Positions 48,065-56,672 of a stretch of DNA of 57,788 bases are shown here, one piece after another; the stretch's first letter is position 1; each line of letters starts with the position of its first letter. A program made the translations under genes and the position numbers. Source of the stretch: Pseudomonadota bacterium. Its GTDB lineage: Bacteria; Pseudomonadota; Gammaproteobacteria; Steroidobacterales; Steroidobacteraceae. The stretch covers positions 1-57,788 of the forward strand of contig JBEEKA010000318.1 of NCBI GenBank assembly GCA_041168985.1. The letters are read 5' to 3'. The notes under the pieces were generated by a model. It did not search any database, had not been told where the DNA came from, and worked only from the letters and a program-made list of their open reading frames with translations.

Positions 48065-49975
48065 ATGGCCGCATCGGCTCCCCATCCCCTGCTCGACGGC
48101 CTGCATTCGACGGCAGACCTGCGTCGTTTCGATCTCGACGGGCTCAAGGCGCTCGCGGCGGAACTTCGCGATTTCCTCATCCAGTCGGTCAGCACGCGGG
48201 GCGGTCACTTCGCAGCCGGTCTCGGCACGGTCGAACTGACCATTGCCCTGCATCACGTCTTCGACACGCCACACGACCGACTGGTCTGGGACGTGGGGCA
48301 CCAGGCCTACCCGCACAAGGTGCTGACCGGCCGGAAAGACCAGCTGGGCAGCATCAAGCAGAAGGGAGGCCTCGCGCCGTTCCCCAACCGTTCCGAGAGT
48401 GAGTACGACACCTTCGGGACGGGGCACTCCTCGACATCGATCAGCGCCGCGCTGGGCATGGCCATCGGCTCGGCCGCGCGCGGGGAATCCCGCCGCGTGG
48501 TGGCGGTGATCGGCGACGGCGCGATGAGCGGCGGCATGGCCTTCGAAGCGCTGAACCATGCCGGCACCCTGCCGGCCAACCTGCTGGTGGTGCTGAACGA
48601 CAACGAGATGTCGATCTCGGAAGGCGTCGGGGCGCTGTCGCAGTACTTCGCCCGGCTGATTTCCGGGCGCGCCTATTCAACGCTGCGCGAACGGGGCAAG
48701 CGCGTCCTGTCGCACATGCCGATGCTCAGCCGCCTGGCTCGCCGCTCGGAAGAACACTTCAAGGGCATGGTCCTGCCGGGCACGCTCTTCGAGGAAATGG
48801 GCTTCAACTACATCGGGCCGATCGATGGTCACGACATGGAGAGCCTCGTCTCCGTGCTGGCGAACATCCGCACGCTGGACGGACCGCAGTTCCTCCATGT
48901 CATCACGAAGAAAGGCAAGGGCTACGCGCCGGCCGAAGCCGATCCGATCAAGTGGCACGGACCGGGTCCCTTCGACCCGACGAGCGGCACGATTTTCAAG
49001 GAAAAGGCCTCCGGCCCGACCTACTCGCAGGTCTTCGGCGACTGGCTCTGCGACATCGCCGCGCAGGACGAGCGCATCGTGGGCATCACGCCGGCCATGC
49101 GTGAAGGTTCCGGACTGGTCGAGTTCTCCCGCCGGTTCCCGGACCGTTACTTCGACGTCGCCATCGCCGAACAGCACGCCGTGACTTTCGCCGCCGGACT
49201 GGCCTGCGAAGGCATGCGGCCTGTGGTGGCGATCTACTCCACGTTCCTGCAGCGCGGATACGACCAGCTCGTGCACGACGTGGCGCTGCAAAACCTGCCT
49301 GTTGTCTTCGCGATCGATCGCGCCGGCCTCGTCGGCGGTGATGGCGCCACGCACCAGGGCAGCTACGACATTTCTTTCCTGCGCTGCATTCCGAACATGG
49401 TCATCATGACCCCTTCGGACGAAAACGAGTGCCGCCAGCTGCTGTACACGGCAACGACGCTCTCGCAGCCCAGCGCGGTCCGCTATCCGCGCGGCACCGG
49501 GCCCGGCACGACGATCGCCCGTGCCATGACGGCACTGCCCGTGGGCCGCGGGGTCGTCCGGCGGGAGGGACGAAGTGGCCTGTCGATACTCGCCTTCGGC
49601 ACCCTCCTGTCCGCCGCACTGGAAGCCGGCGAGCAGCACGATGCAACCGTGGTGGACATGCGCTTCGTGAAGCCCATGGACGAGTCGCTCGTGCTGCAGA
49701 TCGCGGCGCGCAGCGACGCGTTCGTCACGATAGAGGAAAACGTGGTGGCCGGCGGCGCCGGCAGCGCGGTCTGCGAAGTGCTGGATGCGGCGCAGCTCCA
49801 CGTGCCCCGACTCTGCATCGGGATCCCGGACCTGTTCATCGAACATGGATATCGGGAAGACTGCCTGGCTGCCGCGGGTCTGGACGCGCCCGCGGTACTG
49901 GCTCGCATCACCCGCTGGTGGAAGCCCTTGTCCGCAGGGTTGAACCGACGCACCCCCGCCCTTACATTCCCCTGA
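48065..49975 (+). CDS. dxs: 1-deoxy-D-xylulose-5-phosphate synthase
   Basis: 636 aa. Motifs are [20 protein letters not shown], the ThDP motif [15 protein letters not shown] and [13 protein letters not shown]. Confidence 0.97.
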   Translation: MAASAPHPLLDGLHSTADLRRFDLDGLKALAAELRDFLIQSVSTRGGHFAAGLGTVELTIALHHVFDTPHDRLVWDVGHQAYPHKVLTGRKDQLGSIKQKGGLAPFPNRSESEYDTFGTGHSSTSISAALGMAIGSAARGESRRVVAVIGDGAMSGGMAFEALNHAGTLPANLLVVLNDNEMSISEGVGALSQYFARLISGRAYSTLRERGKRVLSHMPMLSRLARRSEEHFKGMVLPGTLFEEMGFNYIGPIDGHDMESLVSVLANIRTLDGPQFLHVITKKGKGYAPAEADPIKWHGPGPFDPTSGTIFKEKASGPTYSQVFGDWLCDIAAQDERIVGITPAMREGSGLVEFSRRFPDRYFDVAIAEQHAVTFAAGLACEGMRPVVAIYSTFLQRGYDQLVHDVALQNLPVVFAIDRAGLVGGDGATHQGSYDISFLRCIPNMVIMTPSDENECRQLLYTATTLSQPSAVRYPRGTGPGTTIARAMTALPVGRGVVRREGRSGLSILAFGTLLSAALEAGEQHDATVVDMRFVKPMDESLVLQIAARSDAFVTIEENVVAGGAGSAVCEVLDAAQLHVPRLCIGIPDLFIEHGYREDCLAAAGLDAPAVLARITRWWKPLSAGLNRRTPALTFP

Positions 49976-50787
49976 TGACCACTCCCTCACCGATCGAGGA
50001 CGTGCAGGGACGTCCCGATGCGCGCCAGCTTCCCATCGACCGCGTTGGCATCAAGGACATCCGCCACCCGGTCCGCGTGAAGGACCGCTCCTCCGGCGAA
50101 CAGCACACCGTCGCGACCTTCGCGATGTACGTCCAGTTGCCGCACAATTTCAAGGGCACCCACATGTCGCGCTTCGTGGAGATCCTCCACCGCGAGCGCG
50201 AAGTATCGGTCGAGTCCTTCCCGAAACTGCTGGCGGAGATGACGCGCCGCCTCGATGCGCAGGCCGGCCATATCGAAATGGGCTTTTCGTTCTTCGTGAT
50301 GAAGAAGGCGCCGGTGTCGGGCGTGGAGAGCCTGATGGACTACCAGGTCAGCCTGATCGGCGAGATCCATGGCGGCCAGGTCGACACTTGGGTCCGCGTG
50401 GTCGTGCCGGTCACGAGCCTGTGCCCCTGTTCGAAAAAGATTTCCGACTATGGCGCGCATAACCAGCGTTCGCACATCACGATCCGCGCCAGGCTCGCGG
50501 CGGGTTCGCACCTGTGGATCGAGGACCTGATCGACATCGCCGAGCAGGAAGCTTCCTGCGAGGTCTATGGGATCCTCAAGCGTCCCGACGAGAAGTTCGT
50601 GACGGAAAAGGCCTACGACAACCCGAAGTTCGTCGAGGACATCATTCGCGACGTCGCGGGCCGCCTCAACCGCGAGGACCGCATCGCCGAATACGTGCTG
50701 GAGACGGAGAACTTCGAGTCCATCCACAACCATTCCGCCTATGCGCAGATCTCGAGCGTGAAGGATGGCGCCGCGCGCCGGCGCTGA
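49975..50787 (+). CDS. folE2: GTP cyclohydrolase I type 2 (FolE2/MptA, GCYH-IB)
   Basis: Trimmed to ATG 49975, which shares one nucleotide with the dxs stop (TGATG). Motifs are [35 protein letters not shown] and GAHNQRS. Confidence 0.9.
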   Translation: MTTPSPIEDVQGRPDARQLPIDRVGIKDIRHPVRVKDRSSGEQHTVATFAMYVQLPHNFKGTHMSRFVEILHREREVSVESFPKLLAEMTRRLDAQAGHIEMGFSFFVMKKAPVSGVESLMDYQVSLIGEIHGGQVDTWVRVVVPVTSLCPCSKKISDYGAHNQRSHITIRARLAAGSHLWIEDLIDIAEQEASCEVYGILKRPDEKFVTEKAYDNPKFVEDIIRDVAGRLNREDRIAEYVLETENFESIHNHSAYAQISSVKDGAARRR

Positions 50788-51295
50788 TCGCGCTGTTTCC
50801 TTCGCCCCGGTCATCGGGCGCGCGCCGCGGGTCCTCGTCCTGGGCAGCCTTCCGGGGCGCGCGTCACTGGCCGCCGGCGAGTATTACGCCCATCCGCGCA
50901 ACCTGTTCTGGGACTTCATCGGCGAACTGCTCGGCCTGCCGCGGACGCTGCCGTATGCACAACGGCTCGAAGGACTGTCCGCACAGGGCATCGCGCTCTG
51001 GGACATGGTGCGGGAAGCCCATCGGCCCGGCAGCCTTGACGCATCGATCGATGCCGCCACGGTCCGCCACAACGACATTGCCGACCTCGTTTGCACCACG
51101 CCGTCACTTCGCGCCGTCGCATTCAACGGCGGAAAGGCTGCGACCCTGTTCGACCGCTGCGTCGTGCCTCGGCTGGGGGCGAGGCTCGCGGGACTCGAAT
51201 TGCTGCGCCTGCCTTCCACCAGCCCTGCGAACGCCGGACTCGCACGCGACGCCAAGCGGGCCGCCTGGCAAAAACTCGCCGACTACCTGGACTGA
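50765..51295 (+). CDS. DNA-deoxyinosine (hypoxanthine) glycosylase, UDG superfamily
   Basis: 176 aa. Motifs are [27 protein letters not shown] and LPSTSPAN. It overlaps the folE2 3' end by 23 nt. Confidence 0.75.
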   Translation: MAPRAGADRAVSFAPVIGRAPRVLVLGSLPGRASLAAGEYYAHPRNLFWDFIGELLGLPRTLPYAQRLEGLSAQGIALWDMVREAHRPGSLDASIDAATVRHNDIADLVCTTPSLRAVAFNGGKAATLFDRCVVPRLGARLAGLELLRLPSTSPANAGLARDAKRAAWQKLADYLD

Positions 51296-51534
51296 CGCCC
51301 GCGTCCCAGTCGCCACAGTGTCACGGCGCCGATAGCCAGCCAGACCACATTGAGCGCGGCCGAGGGCCAGGCGCCGTTCCAGCTGCTGTTCACGATGAAA
51401 CCCACGGCCCCGAACAGGTTGAGCCACTGGTAGGTGCGGGAACGGCCTTCGATGCGACCGGTGGACAGCAACGCGTAGGCCAGCAGGATGAGCAGTGCGC
51501 CCAGCCAGCCCACGGTTTCGATGAAGAACGTCAT
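51283..51534 (-). CDS. Small (83 aa) three-TM membrane protein, function unknown
   Basis: This is the C-terminal part of the 293-aa track ORF, and only the stretch from ATG 51534 looks like a protein: MTFFIETVGWLGALLILLAYALL...LNLFGAVGFIVNS...LNVVWLAIGAVTLW. It is convergent with the glycosylase gene and overlaps it by 13 nt. Confidence 0.6.
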   Translation of the reverse strand: MTFFIETVGWLGALLILLAYALLSTGRIEGRSRTYQWLNLFGAVGFIVNSSWNGAWPSAALNVVWLAIGAVTLWRLGRGRQSR

Positions 51535-51610
51535 GCGCCCGATTCTAAGGGTCTGCGGTGTAGCATGAGGGCTTCCCGTCGCACCATTGCGATCCGAGAG
51601 GATTCCCGCC

Positions 51611-52693
51611 ATGACTGACCGGCCCCCGGGCTTCGACCGCCGCCAGTTCCTCGAAGGGCTCGCCCTCGCCGCCGGTTCCGCGTCCCTGACGGGCGTGGCC
51701 CGAGGCGCCGCACCGGGCTCGAACCCCGCTCCTGCTCCCGCGCCCCTCAGGGATGTCGCCGGCAAGGTCGCCTTCATCACGGGCGCCTCGAGTGGCATCG
51801 GCCTCGGGCAGGCCAGGGTCTTCCACGAAGCCGGCATGAAGGTCGTGATCGGGTACATCCGCGACGACCAGGTCGGACCGGCGCTCGACAGTTTCAGGAC
51901 CGATCGGGATCGCGTACATGCGATCAAGGTCAACGTGGTGGATCGCGCCGCCATGAAGGCCGCCGCAGACGAGATCGAAGGCCGGTTCGGCAAGATCCAC
52001 CTGCTGTCCAACAACGCAGGCATCGGCCCCCTGACGCCACTGTGGATGACGGAGCCGAAGGATTTCGACCAGGCCATCGCAGTGAACCTGACCGGCGTCT
52101 TCAATGGCATCCATGAATTCCTGCCCCGCATCCGCAGGCACGGCGAAGGCGGACACGTCGTCACGACCTCGTCGATGAGCGGCGTGCTGCCGACGGAAGG
52201 CGGCGGCGCAGGGTCCTACACGGCAACCAAATTCGGGGTCGTCGGCATGATGGAGATCCTGCGCTCGGAAATGGATGCCCTGAACGCGGGCGTTGGCGCT
52301 TCCGTGTACTGCCCCGGACTCGTTGCGACCAACATCTTCGAACTCGAAAAGAACGTGAACGCCACTTTCGGCGGCCCGGACTCCACGGCCAAGGCCGGCC
52401 CGGCGGACGCGCCGGCCAACGAAGCACGGATCCGCCGGATCATCGGTGCCGGCATGGATCCGCTGGAAGCCGGACGCATCGTCCTGGACGGCATCCGGCA
52501 GAACGACATGTGGATCTTTTCGCACCCTGAGTTCCGGGAAGGACTGCAGGAGCGCCACGATGCCCTGCTGGCCTCCGTGCCGGTCGCACAGGCACCCGAG
52601 GCGCGGATGGCGCAGGAGAAGGTCACGATGCACAATTCACTCTACGTGCGGGAGCGCAAGAAGCTGCTTGCCCGCGGTCGCCGGGCGGGATAA
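51611..52693 (+). CDS. Short-chain dehydrogenase/reductase (SDR) with twin-arginine (Tat) signal peptide
   Basis: Trimmed from TTG 51587 to ATG 51611, which has GAGAGGA upstream. The Tat motif is DRRQFLEGLALAAGSASL. The SDR motifs are TGASSGIG, NNAG, and the catalytic S...YTATK. Confidence 0.8.
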   Translation: MTDRPPGFDRRQFLEGLALAAGSASLTGVARGAAPGSNPAPAPAPLRDVAGKVAFITGASSGIGLGQARVFHEAGMKVVIGYIRDDQVGPALDSFRTDRDRVHAIKVNVVDRAAMKAAADEIEGRFGKIHLLSNNAGIGPLTPLWMTEPKDFDQAIAVNLTGVFNGIHEFLPRIRRHGEGGHVVTTSSMSGVLPTEGGGAGSYTATKFGVVGMMEILRSEMDALNAGVGASVYCPGLVATNIFELEKNVNATFGGPDSTAKAGPADAPANEARIRRIIGAGMDPLEAGRIVLDGIRQNDMWIFSHPEFREGLQERHDALLASVPVAQAPEARMAQEKVTMHNSLYVRERKKLLARGRRAG

Positions 52694-52736
52694 GTTGCCC
52701 CGCCCGCAGCGGCCGTTTCATCTCCGAGGTCAGCCG

Positions 52737-53294
52737 ATGATTTCCACGCGTACCAGTGCGCTCATCCTCGTCGTCGTTGCCACAGCGGCGACGCGCCTGC
52801 TGCCCCACCTGCCCAACGTCACGCCCCTGACGGCGCTCGCGCTTTTCGGCGGTGCCTTTTTCGCCGATCGACGCCTGGCCTTCGCGCTGCCCCTAGCGGC
52901 CCTCGCGCTCAGCGACCTCGCCCTGGGCGCCCTGGCCGGGTGGAAACCCATGGTCGTGGAAGCACACCTCGAAGTGCAGTACCTCGCCTTCGCGCTGGTC
53001 GTGCTGTCGGGCTTCCTGCTGCGGGGGAGCCCGTCCCTGGGCCGTCTGGCCGGAGGCACGCTGCTGGGTTCGACGATTTTCTTCGTCGTATCCAACTTCG
53101 GGGTGTGGGCGTTCGGGTCGATGTACCCGCACAGCGGCGAAGGCCTCGTGGCCTGTTATGTCGCCGGCATCCCGTTCTTCCGCAACGCCCTGCTGGGCGA
53201 CTTCGGTTACGCGGCGTTGCTGTTCGGCGGTTTCAGGCTTCTCGAGGCGCGGTTCAGCACCCTGCGCGCACCGGCCGCAGCCCACGCGGGCTGA
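52737..53294 (+). CDS. Multi-pass membrane protein (resembles the DUF6580 family)
   Basis: Trimmed to ATG 52737, which has GAGG upstream. The protein reads LLPHLPNVTPLTALALFGGAFFADRR...PLAALALSDLALG... It is hydrophobic throughout. The family assignment is from memory. Confidence 0.65.
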   Translation: MISTRTSALILVVVATAATRLLPHLPNVTPLTALALFGGAFFADRRLAFALPLAALALSDLALGALAGWKPMVVEAHLEVQYLAFALVVLSGFLLRGSPSLGRLAGGTLLGSTIFFVVSNFGVWAFGSMYPHSGEGLVACYVAGIPFFRNALLGDFGYAALLFGGFRLLEARFSTLRAPAAAHAG

Positions 53295-53301
53295 GGCGCC
53301 T

Positions 53302-54630
53302 TTAGGGCGCGGCAGCGCGCTCGACGCCCTGCAAGCGCCCGATCAGCGAACGCAGGAAGACCTTGTTGAACCGCAGCTGGCAGGCCTCGGAGGCCTGCTC
53401 CAGCAGGGTGGCGCTCACCCTCAGCACGGTCACCGACTCGACGGCCCTGACCGTCGCATTGCGCTTTGCGCCCGGCACGTAGCTCGTTTCACCGAAACAA
53501 TCCCCGGAGCCGAGGTTGCCCACGCGCACACCATAGCGCTCCACGCGGCACTTGCCGGCAACGATGACGTAGAAGCGGTCATCGATATCGCCTTCCTTCA
53601 CGATCTCCTCGCCCGCCCCGTATTCGCGCCAGGCACTGGCGCGGAGCACCTCGTGGATCTCCGCGTGCGAGAAATCATGGAAGAACGTCAGCAGTCGAAG
53701 GACCTTGAAATGCTCCGCTTCTTCCAGGTCATCGCTGCGCGCGCGCAGTTTCTGGTGGACGCGCGTGAGCGCAGCCGCGAAATCGAGGCCGCTGCGGAAC
53801 CGGCGGGCGGGATCCTTTTGCATCGCCGTGGCCACGACGGCTTCGAGTTCCTCCGGGACCTCTGCGCGCAGGGTGTGGATCGGCGGCGGCGTCGAATACA
53901 CGATCTGGTGCAGCAGCTTGCCGAGGTTCGCGGCCCGGAAAGGCCGGGACCCCGTCAGGAGTTCGTACATCACCGCACCAAGGGAATAGAGATCCGAGGC
54001 GTGGCCCAGCGCGTGGCCCTGGACCTGTTCCGGCGACATGTAGCTCGGGCTGCCTGCCACGCCTTCGATGCGGGAATCCTCGGACCCGGGCACCAGCGCG
54101 ATGCCGAAGTCGATGATCCGCACGTCGCCGTCGTGCGTCAGCATGAGGTTCGAAGGCTTGATGTCGCGGTGGATCACTCCGCGCGAGTGCGAGTAATGCA
54201 GCGCCTTCGCGCACTTGAACATCAATTCGACGACCGCGTCGATGCGCAGCAGGTGGTCCTTGCGACAGTAATTCGCCAGCGTCCTGGCGCCGTGGATGTG
54301 CTCGGTGACGATGTAGCAGCGACCGTCCTCCTCGCCTGCGTCGTAGATCGGGAGGATGTTGGGGTGCTGCAGGAGACCCACCATGTGGGCCTCGGACAGG
54401 AACATCTTGCGCCAGAGCGCCGCCTGCTCCGGCTCCACGCCGGCACTGCTCTTGTAGATCTTTATCGCGACGTCACGCCCGTAGTACGGATCGTGAGACA
54501 GGTGGACCACCCCGGTGCTGCCCTGCCCGACCTCCTTCACGAGGACGTACTTGCCGATCCGGGTCAGGGGCAGTGCGGCCTCCGCGACGGGTCGGATGGG
54601 TACGGCGGACGACATCAGTGGCTCCGGCAT
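53302..54630 (-). CDS. Hanks-type Ser/Thr protein kinase with C-terminal cyclic-nucleotide-binding (cNMP/CAP-like) domain
   Basis: 442 aa. Kinase motifs are GQGSTGVV, VAIKI, HRDIKPSNLM, DFGIA and GSPSYMSPEQ. The C-terminal ~120 aa has the cNMP-binding pattern (F..FS..E....L....W.EY.AGEEIVKEGD..D.FYVIVAG...V......V..LG.GDCFGE.S......R.ATV.A). An alternative start is ATG 54615, which has GGAG upstream. Confidence 0.85.
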   Translation of the reverse strand: MPEPLMSSAVPIRPVAEAALPLTRIGKYVLVKEVGQGSTGVVHLSHDPYYGRDVAIKIYKSSAGVEPEQAALWRKMFLSEAHMVGLLQHPNILPIYDAGEEDGRCYIVTEHIHGARTLANYCRKDHLLRIDAVVELMFKCAKALHYSHSRGVIHRDIKPSNLMLTHDGDVRIIDFGIALVPGSEDSRIEGVAGSPSYMSPEQVQGHALGHASDLYSLGAVMYELLTGSRPFRAANLGKLLHQIVYSTPPPIHTLRAEVPEELEAVVATAMQKDPARRFRSGLDFAAALTRVHQKLRARSDDLEEAEHFKVLRLLTFFHDFSHAEIHEVLRASAWREYGAGEEIVKEGDIDDRFYVIVAGKCRVERYGVRVGNLGSGDCFGETSYVPGAKRNATVRAVESVTVLRVSATLLEQASEACQLRFNKVFLRSLIGRLQGVERAAAP

Positions 54631-54660
54631 TGGGGTAGTGGTCGAAGACTATGCCGAGGT

Positions 54661-54684
54661 GGCACGAGGGGGCTGTGACGTGCC
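54661..54684. other. Stem-loop between thiL and the kinase gene
   Basis: GGCACG (54661-54666) and CGTGCC (54679-54684) form a 6-bp stem with a 12-nt loop. No U-tract is present. Confidence 0.25.
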
Positions 54685-54694
54685 TCGCGGATCC

Positions 54695-55699
54695 CTAGGG
54701 GGCGCTGCGGAAATGATCGAAACCCGCCGTCGGCAAGCCGCAATCCCGGCCCTCCAGCTGGACCCGGAGCCCGGCCTCCGGCTCCAGCACGCCGATACAA
54801 CGGGCGGCGCATCCTGCTCGCTCCAGGGCGTCCCCCAGCTCCGCCAGGCGCGACGGAGGCAGGCTGAAGCAGAGTTCGTAATCCTCGCCACCCGTGAGGG
54901 CGAACCGCCTTGCCCGATCAAGTCCCGCGACCGCCAGCAAGGCCGCGGACAGCGGAAGCGACCCGACATCGAGCCGCAGGCCACATCCACTGGCGGCCGC
55001 GAGTTTGCCGGCGTCGGCGACCAGGCCGTCGGACACGTCGATGCACGCGGAAGCCAGGCCGCGCAGCGCAAGCCCGAGGTCGACACGCGGCGTGGGGAAC
55101 AGGAAACGGTCCCGGAGATAGCGACCGTCGTCGTCCGAATCCCTTGGCACGGCGAGGCCGCCTTCCGGACCTCGCTCCAGGCAGAGACCCGCTGCGGCAT
55201 CTCCCGGCGTGCCACTGACGAACACGAGATCCCCGGCTGCCCCGCCACCCCGGCGCAGTTCGCTATCCGGCGAAACGAAACCCATCACCTGGACGCTGGC
55301 AGACAGGGGACCGGAGGTCGTGTCGCCGCCGACCAGCACCGCGCCGAATCGCCGCGCGAGGTCACCGAAACCGCGCGCGAAGCCGGAGAGGAACGCCTCC
55401 TCGGCGCGCGGTAGCGTCAGGCCGAGCAGGACCCACGCGGGCTCTGCTCCCATGGCGGCAAGATCGGAGAGATTCGCGGCGAGGGCCCGATGGCCGATCG
55501 AAGCCGGATCGCAGCCAGGCAGGAAGTGGGTGCCCTCGACCAGTGAATCGAGCGCTGCGACGAGAAGCTGCCCCGACGGCACCGCCAGCAGCGCCGCATC
55601 GTCGCCGACGCCCAGCCGCACTCCGTCGCGGGGGCGGCCGGGAACCTGCCCAAGGGGACGGAAGTAACGGTCGATGAGGTCGAATTCGCCGAGGGACAC
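54695..55699 (-). CDS. thiL: Thiamine-monophosphate kinase
   Basis: 334 aa with a GTG start. Motifs are GEFDLIDRYF, GDDAA and the AIR-synthase-like fold pattern. It lies downstream of nusB. Confidence 0.92.
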   Translation of the reverse strand: MSLGEFDLIDRYFRPLGQVPGRPRDGVRLGVGDDAALLAVPSGQLLVAALDSLVEGTHFLPGCDPASIGHRALAANLSDLAAMGAEPAWVLLGLTLPRAEEAFLSGFARGFGDLARRFGAVLVGGDTTSGPLSASVQVMGFVSPDSELRRGGGAAGDLVFVSGTPGDAAAGLCLERGPEGGLAVPRDSDDDGRYLRDRFLFPTPRVDLGLALRGLASACIDVSDGLVADAGKLAAASGCGLRLDVGSLPLSAALLAVAGLDRARRFALTGGEDYELCFSLPPSRLAELGDALERAGCAARCIGVLEPEAGLRVQLEGRDCGLPTAGFDHFRSAP

Positions 55700-55712
55700 G
55701 GCGGCGCGCCTG

Positions 55713-56162
55713 TCAGGTCTCGTGGGGCCTGAGGCTGCGCGCTGCCCGGTCCAGTACGGCGTTCACGAACTTGTGGCCATCGGTTGCGCCGAACCGGCGT
55801 GCAAGGCCCACGGCCTCGCTGATCGCGACGCGATAGGGCAGCTCGGGCCGATCCCGCAGTTCATGAACACCGATCAGCAGCGCGGCGCGTTCGATCGGAT
55901 CGAGCTGCGCGGCCGGGATGTCCGCCCAGCCGGCGATGAGGGCATCAAGGTCTTCCGCCTGCGTGCAGATCGACTGCAGCAGCTGCTGCAGGTAATCGCG
56001 GTCGGATTTGGGCCCGTCCTCGGTGGCCAGGAATTCCGCCAGCAGGTCCTGCCAGGGACGCGCGTTGAGTTGCCAGGAATACAGGGCCTGCAGCGCCAGC
56101 TTGCGGGCGACGGCCCGGGCAGCGGCTGCGCGGGGGAAACGGGGTTTGGTGTCGGCTGTCAT
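55713..56162 (-). CDS. nusB: Transcription antitermination factor NusB
   Basis: 149 aa. Motifs are ARKLALQALYSW and VAISEAVGLARRFG. Confidence 0.95.
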   Translation of the reverse strand: MTADTKPRFPRAAAARAVARKLALQALYSWQLNARPWQDLLAEFLATEDGPKSDRDYLQQLLQSICTQAEDLDALIAGWADIPAAQLDPIERAALLIGVHELRDRPELPYRVAISEAVGLARRFGATDGHKFVNAVLDRAARSLRPHET

Positions 56163-56165
56163 CTG

Positions 56166-56672
56166 TCAGGCCTGCCGCAACAGGAGCGCCATTTCGATCG
56201 CCGATTCCATCGCCTCGCCGCCCTTGTTCATGCGTTTCGGATCGGCCCGTTCTTCGGCCTGGGCGACATTCTCGACCGTCAGCACGCCGAAGACCACCGG
56301 CCGGCCCGTGTCGAGCGCCGCCTGGGACAGACCCCTGGCTGCCTCGCCTGCCACGTAATCGAAATGGGGGGTGTCACCCCGGATCACGCAGCCGAGCGCC
56401 ACGACCGCATCGTAGCGGCCCGATGACGCAAGGTGCTTGCAGGCCAGCGGCAGTTCGAAGGCGCCGGGCACGCGCACGAGCGTGATGTCGTCAGCGGTCC
56501 CGCCATGGCGTTCCCAGGCGTCCAGTGCCCCATGGAGCATTTCATCCACGATGAACTCGTTGAACCGGGCCGCAACGACCGCAACCCTGAGGCCCTGCGC
56601 CGTGGAACTGTGGCGACGTTCCGCATTGCCGACGATATGCGGCACGCCATCAATCACGCTGTAACGGGACAT
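56166..56672 (-). CDS. ribH: 6,7-dimethyl-8-ribityllumazine synthase
   Basis: 168 aa. Motifs are RVAVVAARFN, VPGAFELP, ALGCVIRGDTPHFDYV and VVFGVLT. Confidence 0.96.
   Translation of the reverse strand: MSRYSVIDGVPHIVGNAERRHSSTAQGLRVAVVAARFNEFIVDEMLHGALDAWERHGGTADDITLVRVPGAFELPLACKHLASSGRYDAVVALGCVIRGDTPHFDYVAGEAARGLSQAALDTGRPVVFGVLTVENVAQAEERADPKRMNKGGEAMESAIEMALLLRQA

Noticed and set aside
45061-48074. 583-aa plus ORF antisense to parE and 544-aa minus ORF antisense to xseB/ispA
   Set aside because: Both are shadow ORFs. The partner frames carry GHKL/Toprim and prenyltransferase DDxxD motifs respectively.
48677-50814. 437-aa and 275-aa minus-strand ORFs antisense to dxs and folE2, plus the 182-codon upstream extension of folE2 (49429..49974)
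   Set aside because: These are shadow ORFs or an out-of-frame overlap with dxs. The ATG at 49975 gives the canonical FolE2 N-terminus.
51535-52164. Upstream 210 codons of the 293-aa minus-strand ORF 51283..52164
   Set aside because: This part is antisense to the SDR gene, which has a full motif set. Only the last 83 codons (from ATG 51534) form a coherent hydrophobic protein.
53158-54678. 506-aa plus-strand ORF antisense to the cNMP-kinase gene
   Set aside because: It is a shadow ORF with no motifs.
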